A program made the position numbers and the translations under genes. Under the pieces are notes generated by a model. The model was not told the origin of the DNA, searched no databases, and worked only from the letters and a program-made list of their open reading frames with translations. From the NCBI GenBank assembly GCA_051294375.1, contig CM119263.1, positions 24,099,657 through 24,163,656 on the forward strand: 64,000 nucleotides of DNA, written 5' to 3'. Shown piece by piece: positions 1 through 13,600 of the stretch; position 1 is the stretch's first letter; every line of letters starts with the position of its first letter. The stretch comes from Paraspadella gotoi. Its lineage: Eukaryota > Animalia > Chaetognatha.

Positions 1-259
1 CTCAGCTCAGGTTTTTGCGTCGGGCATTGCAACTTATTGCTAACAAAAAGTTTCACACTTTAGCATCAATGACTTCGGTTGCAGAGATTGAATCTAGAAT
101 CGGATTTCGACTTCAACACGGAACCAAATTGTCTGGAATTCGCAGTCTGAGTTGCAGGATGGAACACGAATTGTAATCGGAGTTGAAAACCACGTTGAAG
201 ACCGAGTAATTCAGAGCGGAGGAGGAGAGAAGAGAAGAGAGAGAGATGAGGAGAGAGAT

Positions 260-320
<61 letters not shown>

Positions 321-812
321 TTTCAACCCAGAATTACAAATAAAATATGCGATTGGATTGAAGTTAAAAGAGAGAGTAAAACAGATGAACTATGTCCTTT
401 AAACTTTATCAACAGTACAGAGAGTATTATCCGTATGAAATGACTTTTTATCTGGGATTTACGTACCTCAGTAAAACTCATAACCAGTGAGGCCGTAATA
501 TTAGATTTCAGAATTCAGCGACCAGAAATCAGCTTATTGACATCCTTTCCAATTCTTCACCTCAAATCACGGCACCGAAAGAAAGAACGGATTTGGGATT
601 CATTATATCCGCATTTCCGATGTAGAGGAAAAAGATGAGGTCACGACGAAGCGTCATCTCTTCTCTNNNNNNNNNNNNNNNNNNNNNNNNNGAAAAGAAA
701 GAAAGAACAAAAAAAAGAAATAAAAAAATGGAGAAAGAAAGAAAAAAGGGAAAAAAATCACAGAAATAAAAAAAAGAAAGAACGAAAGACAGAAAGAAAT
801 GAGAAAAGAAAA

Positions 813-868
<56 letters not shown>

Positions 869-1667
869 AAAGGAACCAAGAGCGAAAAAGAAAGAGGGAG
901 GTCGTTGATTACGAGAAAACGAATCGAAAGGAAACCGGATTTCGCGACCCTGATTACCAATTAAAACCGGAAGCGAAAGAGAGGGCGTTGATTGTGTTTA
1001 TGTGCCGCGAGGGGGCATGCGGTGGAAGGGGATTCGCTGATTGGAGGAAATAGAAGAACCTTGATTGGTTGAGGTCGGTTATGAGATTAAAACATTTTGA
1101 TGAAATGGAGAAAGGAAGAGGGATTTTGATTTAGATTCAAGCTTTTCGCTAAATTGTAAGTAAATACTGGAAGAGCAGAAACGATTATTTTGAGAATGTA
1201 AAGAATTGAAAATCTTAGGCGAGAACATGGCTTGCTAGAGAAAAATGATTTGTTAAAAAAAGATTAAAATTATCGGTTGTGCGGTGAAGAAGAATGATAA
1301 ATGCAGACAGCCTTGTGTCGAAGGCCATCGGGCGTGAACTCACATAATCTCAAGCGATTGCTTCTCAAGTTAAAATGTCGTAAATCGACTGAAAATCGAT
1401 TAAATGGATGAAAATCGTGAAACAAAGAAGAAAATAGATGGAGAAAGTTTCACAATGACTCAGCTTCAGGTTTTGCGTCGGGCATTGAACTTTATTGTAC
1501 AAAAAGTTTCACACTTTAGCATCAATGACTTCGGTGAGAGTTGAATCTAGAATTCGGATTCGACTCAACACGGAACCAAATGTCTTTGAATTCGCGTCTG
1601 AGTTGCAGGTGGAACACGAATTTGTAATCGGAGTGAAAACCAACGTTGAGACCGAGTAATTCAGAGC

Positions 1668-1714
<47 letters not shown>

Positions 1715-2045
1715 AACCCAGAATTACAAATAAAATATGCGATTGGATTGAAGTAAAAGAGAGAGTAAAACAGATGAACTATGTCCTTTAAACTTTATCA
1801 ACAGTACAGAGAGTATTATCAGTATGAAATGTACTTTTATTCTGGGATTTACTTACCTCAGTAAAACTCATAACCAGTTGGCCGAATTATTAGATTTCAG
1901 AATCAGCGACCGAAATCACTTATTGACAATCCTTTCCAATTCTTCACCTCAAATCACGGACCGGAAAAGAAAGAATCGGATTTGGATTCAAATTATATCC
2001 GATTTCCGATGTAGAGGAAAAGATGAGGTCACGATCGAAGCGTCA
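1..2045 (+). repeat. Direct duplication (1-656 and 1459-2045) straddling a 25-N gap at 667-691; likely gap-overfill artefact
   Basis: Both copies run from CTCAGCT..GGTTTTGCGTCGGGCATTG to GATGAGGTCACGA..GAAGCGTCA. Differences are mostly 1-bp indels, as expected from long-read error. Confidence 0.85.
692..875. repeat. (GAAA)n microsatellite / purine tract
   Basis: Directly visible GAAA runs; source of spurious ORFs 562..960 and 799..1053. Confidence 0.95.
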
Positions 2046-2719
2046 AACCGGAAGTGAAGTTCTGTGTGAGCGCGTGCTCTGTCTGGTCACTGTGTCCGTC
2101 AAAACGAGTGCTGAGATTGGAACCAGGCTTGGGTGTTTTTCACACCTCCAGGTCGCTTAATGGCCATTGGCCAATTCTCTCGCTTTGTTACTTGAGGGGA
2201 TCGATCTGAGAAAGCAATGTCCTTTTGAGGGTTGAACTGTGCGATGTTGGCGACGCTATCTCACGAAGCGACGGCGAGTAATGATGTATGAGTCAAAAAT
2301 AATGGATGACTTCTATTTTTTTTTTGCTCCCGCTATCTATACTTCACACTCGCTGGGTCTCTCCAACGCCGACGCGTCGAAGGAAAGACATAAAAAATAA
2401 ATTGGATTTAATTCGAATCGGAGATGGCGTCGGTGTCGTTGTCATTCGTTGTCGGCGTTAATGTCAATCGTCGAAGTCGGCGACGGCGATGGCGACGAGG
2501 CCCGGTGATACTATTAAAGCCCCTGAACAAACAATGGAATTTGAAATGAACGAATTTACGCAGGGAAATTATTTCTCTTTCTCTCTCTCTCTCTCTCTCC
2601 CAGTTTTACTCCTTCACATAATGACGAGACCGTCTTTTCTTTTTCCTCTCGCTTCGATACGAGACGTCAAAGTACAGCTTCGTCACCTTGAATTTCGAGG
2701 CACCACATTTCCACTCCCG

Positions 2720-3085
2720 TCTTTACAGTCTCCCCCACAGTCTCCCCACGGCCCAGAGTTCTTACAGTTTCCCCCCAGTCTCCCCGAGCGCCCGCAGAGT
2801 CCCCACCAGGTGTCAGTCTCCAAACGGACAGAGTCTCCCCACACGGTCTCTCCACGACCCAAGAAAGATTCCCCCGTCACCCCACATCCGCCCACGTCTC
2901 CCCCACAGTCTCTCCACCGTCCCCAAGGAGGCTCCCACAGTCCTTCCACGCCCAAACAGTCTCTCCCCCCACCCAGGTTCTCCCCACGGCCCACAGTTAT
3001 CTCCCCACCAGTCTTCCCGGCCCACAGGTTCCCACGCCCAGGTCTTCCCCACAGTCTCCCCCACGTCCCCACATAGTCTCTCCAC
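2720..3085. repeat. Degenerate C-rich minisatellite (core CCCCACAGTCT / CCCCACGGCCC)
   Basis: Repeated ccccacagtctct-like units with many indels; explains five overlapping Pro/Ser- and Gly-rich ORFs. Confidence 0.8.
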
Positions 3086-5332
3086 GACCTCATTCGACGC
3101 CAATAAATTTCGCGTTTCTCGTCCTCGTCCCTCCCCCATCGCATCGCGCTTGAGGAAATCTGTCGCGTAAACCCGATCCTCCCGTTCCCTCGCCTGTTGA
3201 ATATTTAATTTCCTTCTTGTCCACCGCAGCCTCGGTCTCTCTCCTCTCATCTCTCTCTCTCTCTCTCTCTCGCCTCTCTCTCGCTCTCTCCGCTCTCTCT
3301 CTCTCTCTCATCTCAACACTCCACTCATCCCGACTAGAAAATCTGAATTGAAATTTGAATAGTGAAAAATCAAACGAAGGAAGATGAAAATAAACAGCTC
3401 GCCCAGCCGCGACGGAGAGTCGGCAAGTAAGGCTGTGCCTTACGACGGTTTTGGGAAAAGCCGCCGAGTGGAGTTTGAGGCGGTCGATGGTCGTTCCACG
3501 TGTGCTAACGAAGAAGGGTGTGTTGTTGTGAAAAATTAAAACATGTCAAAACAATGCCCCGGGCAGAAGTACGGATGCGGAAAAAGCGTGACAATAAAGA
3601 AACAGCCAATTCACCCCGACAGTGCGGCCCAGAAAGGCACGCTCGGCGCAAATGCCCGTGCGGCAGCCCCACCGACCGAGTAAAAGCGCCGGAGCCACCC
3701 TCTCTCTCGCACAAAGTCGGACGGTTTTTTTTTTGTTTTGTTTGCAAATTTAATTTTTACCAGGTTTCGTCTCCTTCCATTCGGGTCCTCCGCTTCAGAC
3801 AAAAGGATCGACTCAAGCGTTTGCGCGGCCCTGCACCTCTGCCGACGTAACCAACGACCGGACACAGCCATTCCCACCACTACAAACATGAACGCTCAGT
3901 TCCTCGCGAGTGCCTGCTGCCACGGGATAAGAAATGTCCCTCTCCTCCAAAACCATTCATTTGTTTCTTTCTCTTCTTTCTCTTACCGTCCGATCCGTGT
4001 GGACGTGCTATGTTTCTTGGCGCCTGTCTAGGCATTACCACCGCTTCAAGGCGAGACGTATCGAATCACAACAACGACCTTCTCCCATGGCCGAAGCCCA
4101 TCGGCGCGTGAATCTTCGAAACCAGTTCGCACTCGTTTTCTCTTGTGGGAAACGCCGAACCTCGAATCGAAATAAGCGCAGAAATATTCGCCAACGCCGG
4201 CCAAGGACGGACGCCCAAAATCACCCGCCCAGCGGCTGGCGTGCCCTCTCCAAACTTAACTCCCTCCTGCAAGGATCAAGATAACTAACAATTCAACAAC
4301 ATATCTTATAACAATAAAAAAGAAATGAGGATTCTCTAACCTAATCATTATCCCCTTCTTCCTGGCATAAGCCAGTACGTACCTGAACAGATACATCCTT
4401 CCTATTTGCTGATATAATTTCTCTGCTTGTGCTCGCCCGAACGCAAAATTCTTATCACTATCTCTGAATTATGTTCCTTGAACCTCTCTGAGCCTCCGCT
4501 TCGAGTGGATCTTGATTTAACACCTTGACAGCCATCGACCGAGCCTCCAGGCTAATTCACCGTAGTAACCAACCACTTTTTTCAAACCTTAAATGTTTAC
4601 CATCATAACTCGCTCCACTGCAGGAAGGTGAGTTATATCATAACCGAAAACAAATTCGTATCCCGTCACAGTCTCTCTTCTCGTGGTCCCATTCCTATGG
4701 GCCGGTAGCAACATAGGCTATGTGTTCTTCCGAAATAGAGAGAAGGACGCGCCGGCGTTAAAAACCCAATCTAGTCGCTGGCTGGGTTAAGCGTGGTATT
4801 CATTCACCTCCCATCTTATTTTCCCTGTGCTAACAATCCACCTTCCTTCGTAACTTATACATAGTAGCTTCTATCCATTCAACCCACATTCTGACCTAAA
4901 TTGACTCACGGGACCGACTTCCTGTCCAAATTGCTTTACAGGTTCTCTCTCAGTATTTCAGCCCCCACTCCGCTTCCACCCTCTTTCGGAATTCCCACTT
5001 TTCTCCGCCAAGCCCCTCTCTAACCTCATTCCCCAACCTTTCCCTAATTAATTCTTCCTCGGCCTGCGCAGGAGATAAGTGACATCGCAATGAGATTAAC
5101 TCGAGGAACTTCTCCGTTGGTAGCGTTCTAATTAGGTTCACTCAAAAATTCCAAGACGGACGCAACCCCGTTTACTCCTCTTCGAGACCAAGAGTCCTTT
5201 TTTTCGGATTCCGCTATCTTTTGCTGACCACCGCTGCCTCACAATCATCCCTCGTTAAAAATTCCCTGTCTATGTTTTCGTCTCGCCGCCTCCGCCGCCT
5301 CCGCCGCCTCCGCCGCCTCCCGCCGCCGTTCG

Positions 5333-7013
5333 CACAGACATCAGTTTCACATCCGACCACGGGAAAAAATTCCTACCACTCCGTTACCCTTCCTACCGAG
5401 TACCCAGGACCATCGTTTTCACACCGAACCACGGAAAAATTCCTACCACCATCCGTTACCCTTCTACCGAGTACACAGGGAACCATCAGTTATCACATCG
5501 ACCACGGAAAAATTCTTAACCACCTCCGTTACCCTTCCTACGAGTACACAGGACCATCAGTATTCACATCCGACCACGAAAATTCCTGACCACCTCCGTT
5601 ACCCTTCCTACCGAGTACACCAAGGACCATCAGTTTCCACATCCGACCACGGAAAAATCCTACCACCTCCGTTACCCTTCCTACCGAGTACACAGACCAT
5701 CAGTTTCACATCCGACCACGGAAAAATTCCACCACCTCCGTTTACCCTTCCTACCGAGGTACACAGACCATCAGTCTTCCAAATCGACCACGGAAAAATT
5801 TCTACCACCTCCGTTACCCCTTTCCTACCGGAGTACACAGACCATTCAGTTTCACATCCGACCACGGAAAAATTCCACCCACCTCCGTTACCCTTCCTAC
5901 CGAGTATCACAGACCATCAGTTTCACATCCGACCTACGGGAAAATTCCTACCACCCCGTTACCCTCTTACCGAGTACACAGACCATCAGTTTCACATCCG
6001 ACACGAAAAATTCTACACCTCCACCTCCTACGAGTACACAGACCCAGCACATCCACCACGGAAAAATTCCTACCACCTCCGTTACCCTTGCCTTACCGAG
6101 TACACAGACACATCAGTATTTCACATCCGAACCACGGAAATATTCCTACCACGCTTCCGTTTACCCTTCCTACCGAGTACACAGACCATCAGTTTTCACA
6201 TACGACCACGGAAAAAATTTCCTATCCACCTCCGTTACCCTTCCTTACCTGAGTAACACAGATCCATCAGTTCACATCCGACCACGGAAAAATTTCCTAC
6301 CACCTCCGTTTACCCTTCCTACCGAGTACACAGACCATCAGTTTCACATCCGACCACGGAAAAATTCCTACCACCTCCGTACCCTTCCTACGAGTACAAG
6401 ACACAGTTTCACATCCGACCACGGAAAAATTCTAACCACCTCGTTACCCTTCCTACGAGTACACAGGACATCATGGCCACCCGACCACCGGAAAATTCCT
6501 ACCACCTCCGTTACCTCCTACGAGTACACAGGACCATCAGTTTCACATCCGACCACGGAAAAATTCCTACCACCTGCCGTTACCCTCCTACCGAGTACAT
6601 CAAGACCATCAGTTTTCACATCGACACGGGGAAAAATTCCACCACTCCGGTTACCCTTCTACGAGTACACAGACTCATAGATATACACATCCGACACGGA
6701 AAATTCTCCACCTCCGTTACCCTTCTACCGAGTACACAGACCATCAGTTCACATCCGACCACGGAAAAATTCTACCACTCGTTACCCTTCCCTACGAGTA
6801 CACAGGACCAATCAGTTTTCACATCCGACACGGAAAAATTCCACCACCTCGTTACCCTTCTACGAGTACACAGACCATCAGTTTCACATCCAACCACAAG
6901 GAAAAATTCCTACCACCTTCGTTTACCCTTCCTACCCGAGTACACAGACCATCAGTTTCACATACGACCACGGAAAAAAATTCCCTACCACCTCCGTTTA
7001 CCCGTTTCCTACC
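5333..7013. repeat. 70-bp tandem satellite, ~24 copies
   Basis: Consensus CACAGACCATCAGTTTCACATCCGACCACGGAAAAATTCCTACCACCTCCGTTACCCTTCCTACCGAGTA, head-to-tail with no unique spacers; variation is mostly indels. Confidence 0.95.
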
Positions 7014-10000
7014 TAATGCTCTTGGGATCTAGCCGCCATCCCCCACCACCGGTTTCGTCATACTTTGATTAAATTAAAAAATTATTGTAATAAGCCCAGA
7101 GTTAATTTTTATTTGGAGTCTTTGACAATCTTTAAAGAAAAAATTGTCAAAATATTTTTTCTCTGTCACATCCTCATTAATTGTACATATTTTAGCCAAT
7201 TAAAAAATGTTCTATGTGAAAATTGCTTTTTGTATAAAAAAAAAAGTTCTCAGCATTATTATCTATACTACATATGTAAATTGGATTATATTAGTTTTGA
7301 GAGGATGCTTCCAGACGTTTCAATTTCAAAATGCTTATTCTTGACTTTTTTGATTAAAGTTGTTTTATGTTTATTTATATTGGAATAATTTGCAACGATT
7401 GATTAAGAACTAACTCAGTGAAAATCAAATCACCACATGACAAAAACAATTCTAACAAGGAATGGTTAATTCATATTTATTGCGCCGCGTGACTGCCTTT
7501 ACACGTATTTCTCATGAATGACATGACATGAGGGACATTGACATGACTTGACTGAATGACTTACAACGGATTTTTGATGCGAATTTACGACAAAAGTAAG
7601 ATAAATTAATAATTAAATAAATAAATAATAAAATGTAAAGAGTAGATAAATAAAATTTTATTTAGATAAATATCAAGAGATGACAAATTTAAAGATCTCT
7701 CATCTGCGATTAGTCTTCACAATCAAATTTCTTTTCCCTCACCTCCACTCTCTCATCTCTGTCAGTAAACCGGGTGAACTTAAACTTATTCCTCCACAGT
7801 CTCGGACCAACATAATCCAATAATCTACAATTCTTTGTTAGGAAAGAACTTTTTATATATAATAAACATATAACATCTGCTCTCTCGAGGCTCTCTCTCC
7901 TCTCTTCTTCTTTCCGTCTTCTCTCCGTGGTCCTCCGTTCTCTTTCTGTTGAAAGGGTTAGAATAAGCTGTCCTCTCCCTCTGTACGGGATCTTCTGGCA
8001 AAAAATTTAACGGCGATCGTTACGTTTTTTGAAAACTTATGCTTTATTTTTAGGCGAATCTGCTATTTCCTAGCAGATCCGTACTCGGTAAAAATAATTC
8101 ACTTTGTCGCTCACGTCTGTACCGACCCAACCTCGTAGTTGTCGGGGCACAGCTCACTGAAATATGATTCATTGTCAGAACATCGAGTTAGATAAATTAG
8201 GTGCAAAAAAAAACAGATGTCCGTCCGTTCCGCCCGTCCGCCACCGTCAAGAATCCGTCCATACCCATCTACTTTAGAAAAAACACCAATTAATCAGTGC
8301 AATTGGATGGTGAATTGGAATGAAATTTTGTGGTGTGATAACAGGTAAAGGGAATAAGGCGTAGTTGGAAAGTCTACATTCACGTATAAATTATAGAAAG
8401 TCAATTATGAACAAACATACCAATCATGTGAATATTAATTTGTAAAAAAAATTTAATTTTATGTTTTTTTATTTTCGCAGTAGGCTTATTATATATATAG
8501 TACTATCCTTATTAAAAAAAATCGAAAAATTTTCAAATAGTGGCTTTTCTTAATGATTCAGATTTGAATTTCTCAGTCAAAAGTGATAAAAGAAAATTAT
8601 TAAATCATTTTTAAAATTATGTCATTTTCTATTAAGTCGGTGTTAAAACTTTAAAAAACTATATTTAAATAATATAAAAAATTAAATAGTAATTCAGGAC
8701 TTAAAATATAGGCTATTTTCTAATTTTTGACCCACTTAATGAAGGAATTTTTCGGAGAAAAAGACGTCACTTAGGATTTCTATTATTTATTTCAAAACTA
8801 TTAGATTATGACAAATCCAAAAATCTGTCCAAAATACTAGAAAAAAAACTGTTGATATGAAAATCATATTAGAACAATTATATCGGAATTTAGATCAAAG
8901 TACTAAGTATAATAAATATGGTCCAAACAAATAAACTAATAACTGCCAGTGAAAAATTTAGTAAAAAATTTTATACATAATATCAATTATTATTGCATAA
9001 ATGTTCATAAGTATTCAAAAAAATATGTGTTCGCTCATCCTCCTTCTCTCACCGACTCTTTGAAAATTAAAGATATTGAAAGCTTAATGGATTTGTACTA
9101 CGCCATTTAGTAGGGGATCAGTGTGTGCAATTAGAGCTGAAGGGTATATTGAAGGTTTCTCTCGCGCAAAATCGTCCAGTGGAAGATTAGAGTTAAATGC
9201 TGAAAAAAACAAAAAATATTTTTCACTATCATTACCACCAATTACTCATGAGTGGACTGGGCTGCGATTGACTTGAAATTTTTGTATTTGGCCCAAGGTA
9301 TTAGCACAAGGTGTGTGATTAAACTGGAAATAAAGTTTGCCGAATGGAATCCCTTTGAGTGCAGAATGATGTTTAAATGGCACAAAAAACACACAAAAAA
9401 CCTAGTTTCACCTAATTGATTTATTGCATATCTTTCTCCTTCCTTATCATATAGAATGCTCATGCAAGAAGAGCTGGTACCTTACTTAAATCAAATAGTT
9501 AATAAATCAATTAATAATCAATTACTCAATTAATAACAAAACTGATAAGTCAGTGCAATCTAATTCAAAATCACAATTGTTATCGACATTATTCTCATCG
9601 CGTCATTGCTTTATTAGTGGCACGGAGAAAGACCTAAACCAATACATTTGCAGATCGAAATTAACTAATTATTTGACCTAATTAATATTATTAACTTTGA
9701 ATTATTTAATTATTAATGACATTAATGTACAGATATCGACATTGTTTTTCCTAACATTCCGATCAGTTAGCAGGATAATTCGGCACTATTCTTGCCTTAT
9801 TCCCCGTACCGTTCAATTTTTCCCCAAAATTGTTAATGACCATTATCACCAAACGGCACACCGATTATCATAAAATAACAAAGACAATTCCATCGTTCAT
9901 GAATATATATCATCTATACCAAAACTCTGACCGTAGTCTTTTACCACTACTTTAAAATCTAACATGAGAGTAGTTAATTATATCGTCAATATTAATTTTG

Positions 10001-10229
10001 AAAGCCTTCAGCTAAACGTTTTTTACGTAATATCTCTAATGCACCTTTGGTAGTAAAACTTCATATTGCCCAAAAATTATTTTTGACCAACTAGCAGCCT
10101 AACAGATGCCTAAGTCAGCTTAACGTTCTATTAAGGAGTGTGACCATCCACACATTAATATGACAACAGATCAAATAAAACAATCAAATATACTGCGAAT
10201 AATTGTTAAAAGTGTTATAGGCATCGCAG

Positions 10230-10650
10230 AGTGGGAAGGCGGGAAAGTTGCCACAGAACCGTCATTTCCTCGCTCGTGCCTTTCCGCCTATCTCTCTCAT
10301 CTACATATTATCTTCCCGCCATCTCTTGTCTCTGTCTCTCTTCTCCCCATCTTAAAGCACCGTCACTCATCACGAGGGCCATTACACAAATTGTCCTTGT
10401 CCTTCACTCCATATTAGTATAGCAAATCTTCCTTCCCTCTGATCTCTCTCTCTTCTCTCTCTCTCTAGCTGTGTCTCTCTCAACCTCAACATACTCATTT
10501 CTACATCTACAATGTGTATGAAGGCCTCTGCTACATAGACAGAGAGTAAACCATATCTGTGGCTTAATAAACACTCTGCTGTAGTGAACCCGGTCTCGTC
10601 TTAATCTCAACTCAGTAATAACCTTGAATCTGACTGGATATAACAAAATC
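10230..10650 (-). mobile_element. Possible degraded RTE-like LINE 3' fragment
   Basis: Minus-strand frameshifted pieces RNEYV and EKRDRDKRWREDNM resemble the RTE ORF C-terminal motifs (RNEEI; GRQRKRWEDNI). Weak and degraded. Confidence 0.25.
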
Positions 10651-13600
10651 TGGTAGCCCTTAAATCTTTCTAGTAAAATTTTTTTGTGATTGAAACCGAG
10701 AGTATACTGGCAAGACCTAATATATCTTTCGCTTCAATACTCAAAGAGAACGATGAGTCATTCCGGTGTGATCTCACCCATATAAAGCAAGTGGCTAGCG
10801 TGTATCAACTAGATAAAGAGCATAGAATCAGATGTAATCGATCGCCCGGCGCGAGATGAAACACAGACAAGATAAATGACGAAGAACACCTTGTGAAAAA
10901 GAAATTAGATTGGATTTTCCTTGAAAATCAGTTAGGTTATTTTCCTCTTATATATTCTCTTCGAATTTTCTCTTTTAAACGATGCACAATCAGCGAACAT
11001 GTCACTGTTCTCTTTTTGCCTAAAACAGCTAATCCGCCCCGAGAAAATGGTGAGATTTGATACAAGACTCTCAAAACCTACATCCTAGTTGCCGTTCTTA
11101 AGTAATAAATCATATATATCTGTCTGATTAAACATCCGCTAAACGACCCTCTCAAAGACAAAAAAGTCCAATAAATGTTAAATTTAAGAATTAACAATTT
11201 TTAAGCAAGTTTTTTTCATAAAATTGCTTTGCTTTTTAAATTAATTCGATGTGAATCTAAAACTATTCATAGCTTATTTAAAGAGAGAAGAATGATATAC
11301 TTTAAATCGATATATAAATAGATCAAAATTTTCTTTTGTAGGGGTAGTGATAGAGTGGCTAGGAGGTAAAACTTTGTCTCGCCAGGTGTCATCTTCAAAA
11401 TAGGAAAGACTAGGTAAAGGTGTACCAGAAAAAGAACTAGGATGGAATAAATAAATCTTATTCATATTATTATTTGCTCTTTCCTCGCGTGTGGTTATTG
11501 ACCGCCTGTAACGAAATTGTGGAATTGGCACAGTATATAATTAATAAAATATTTTTCTTGTATATATGAGAATGTGCCAGACGTTCGGAGAAATCTGCGG
11601 TTGAGATGGCGACGCTCTGGCTGGTCGGCGTCCACCGCTTCTTGCTGCCTATGCTTCGTTTACAATTCGCCTTCTTAACGATATTTTCATTTAGAATTAT
11701 GCCAATCAAACTAGGGTCTCTCTCACTCATAGAGAGGAGCGTCATAGAGCGCGACTCATGCCAGAAGGATTCTGTTCATAAAAAAAACGCATGTGATAAG
11801 CACAGAGCTTAAAACGGGAGATTATAGAGACTATTTTGGTCTCGGTCCACTTGGTCTGCTGCTCCGTACGGGTGGATCGAAATTGAAGAGAGAGAACAGA
11901 AAAAAGAAAACAAGAACGACTTGAAAGAAAAGATTTATAATAGACGACGGGTTTCTGCGAGACTTGGTACTCAAATGAACACAAAAGAAAAAAACCGGAC
12001 CTTATTTATTGTCAAGAAATTGTGGGATTTTTGTTTATCGAAAAAAAATAAAAGGATATACTCTCTCATCTCATCCTGGCAGTCTGAAAAGATTGTCAAC
12101 ACTCGTGCATCTTTCCTCTGCCCGCCTCGCCTGTGCGAAACGACTCGGAGACGCCACTAAGGCTCTGCGTGCTTTGTGTCCAGTAAATATGTTTTCGCTC
12201 GTTTGTTGTCTTCTTTTTAATCTCCGCTAAAGTTATCTGGTACCCTCGGGTAAAGTTATCCGCATTGCGCACCGACTGGCACTACGAGTGTTTCTCCAAT
12301 GTATATGAACGAATATTATTCTTCCTCTATACTTGACAATGACGAAAGACAAAAAAATTAAGAGCACTCCCTCTCACATCCACACATCTTTGAGGACAGA
12401 GGGATATAACTCGAATAATCATTAATGAAGAAGTGAATAAGATAAGCAATGCAAACAGAAGAAGGAACACGGGAGAATGCGGGGATGAGATATTCGATGG
12501 AAACGGAGAAGGACTTGAGGCGGTAGAACTCCTGACCTCGGAGCGGAATGAATACTCAAACAGAAACTGGGCTGAGGATGAAAATAGTATTATTCGGAGC
12601 TGAGTTATAAAACAAACGGGGGTGTAGCAAACATCGAGCAGAGCTTTTTGTCTTTAGATATGAGAAGCGTGTGAATTAGTACATAAAAAGATGGTCTGGA
12701 TGCTCCTCGAAGCGTAAGGAAAACGTAAAAAAAGAAAGATAATACGGGAATAAATCCCTATTGCTATGCAACTGAATATACTTTGTTGTTATCAGGGGCC
12801 AGTGAAATGGGAAAAAAAAAAAAGCCCCTCTCCGGCTCCCGGCCGGAAACAGAAAGAAAGACACTTTCGGACACCTATCTCACAGATGATGCCCAGGCGA
12901 CGACAGACGAAATCCACGACGAGACAGTCGATGTTGCCCTCTCCCTCTCGTTGCGGAAGCACTTCATTTGAACGAGAAGGTGCTCAATAAAAATCCACAC
13001 CATCGTCAATTCTCCGTCCCATACCATATGCTAAGCATCGGACAGTTACCACAAACTCTCTACTCCTAGTGGAATGAAAAATATAGAATCTATCAATGTG
13101 GAGTAGAAAACCCCAATCTCTACTCTTCGGCGAAAATTATCTATTGACTGGCTGGAGAACTTTCTCTCTATTAATTGACAAGATGTTCGAACTAATCCGA
13201 TGTGAGTCGAGAAACTCAATCTAGCCGAATGTGGGTGGAAAACCCTTTGGGATTATCCTTCTCTTTTCTAGTCTGGGATGATCCATAGAAGTCCCCAAAG
13301 TTCCATATGTGAAATGTTCTCCACTTGGATAGGATAAGATCGTGAAAAAAAATTAAATTAATCCTTCGAAATATTAAATAGGCTCTCCACCTGACCACTT
13401 TCTCCAGCCCAGTGCGATTGTATATCTCTCCCCATAAACCTCTAAACCTACAACTGATGTAAAAATACTTAGGTTTTTTGGTACGGTTTCGCTATTTCTC
13501 CACAAAAGGGAAACTTCGGCATCCGTTTCGGACATCAAAACCAGATCTCAAAAACTCAAAACAACATATGCAGACCATATTTTATCGTCGCCCATCTTCC

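Noticed and set aside
1-2045. Biological LTR pair or segmental duplication
   Set aside because: Copies flank a 25-N gap, differ by read-error-like indels, and enclose no retroelement sequence.
2489-3250. Pro/Ser-rich 195-aa ORF and overlapping ORFs
   Set aside because: Derived from the degenerate C-rich minisatellite; no splice or domain support.
5333-7013. CRISPR array or repeat-protein ORFs (5221..5589, 6473..7072)
   Set aside because: Units are contiguous with no unique spacers, there are no cas genes, the context is eukaryotic, and a 70-bp period is not a multiple of 3.
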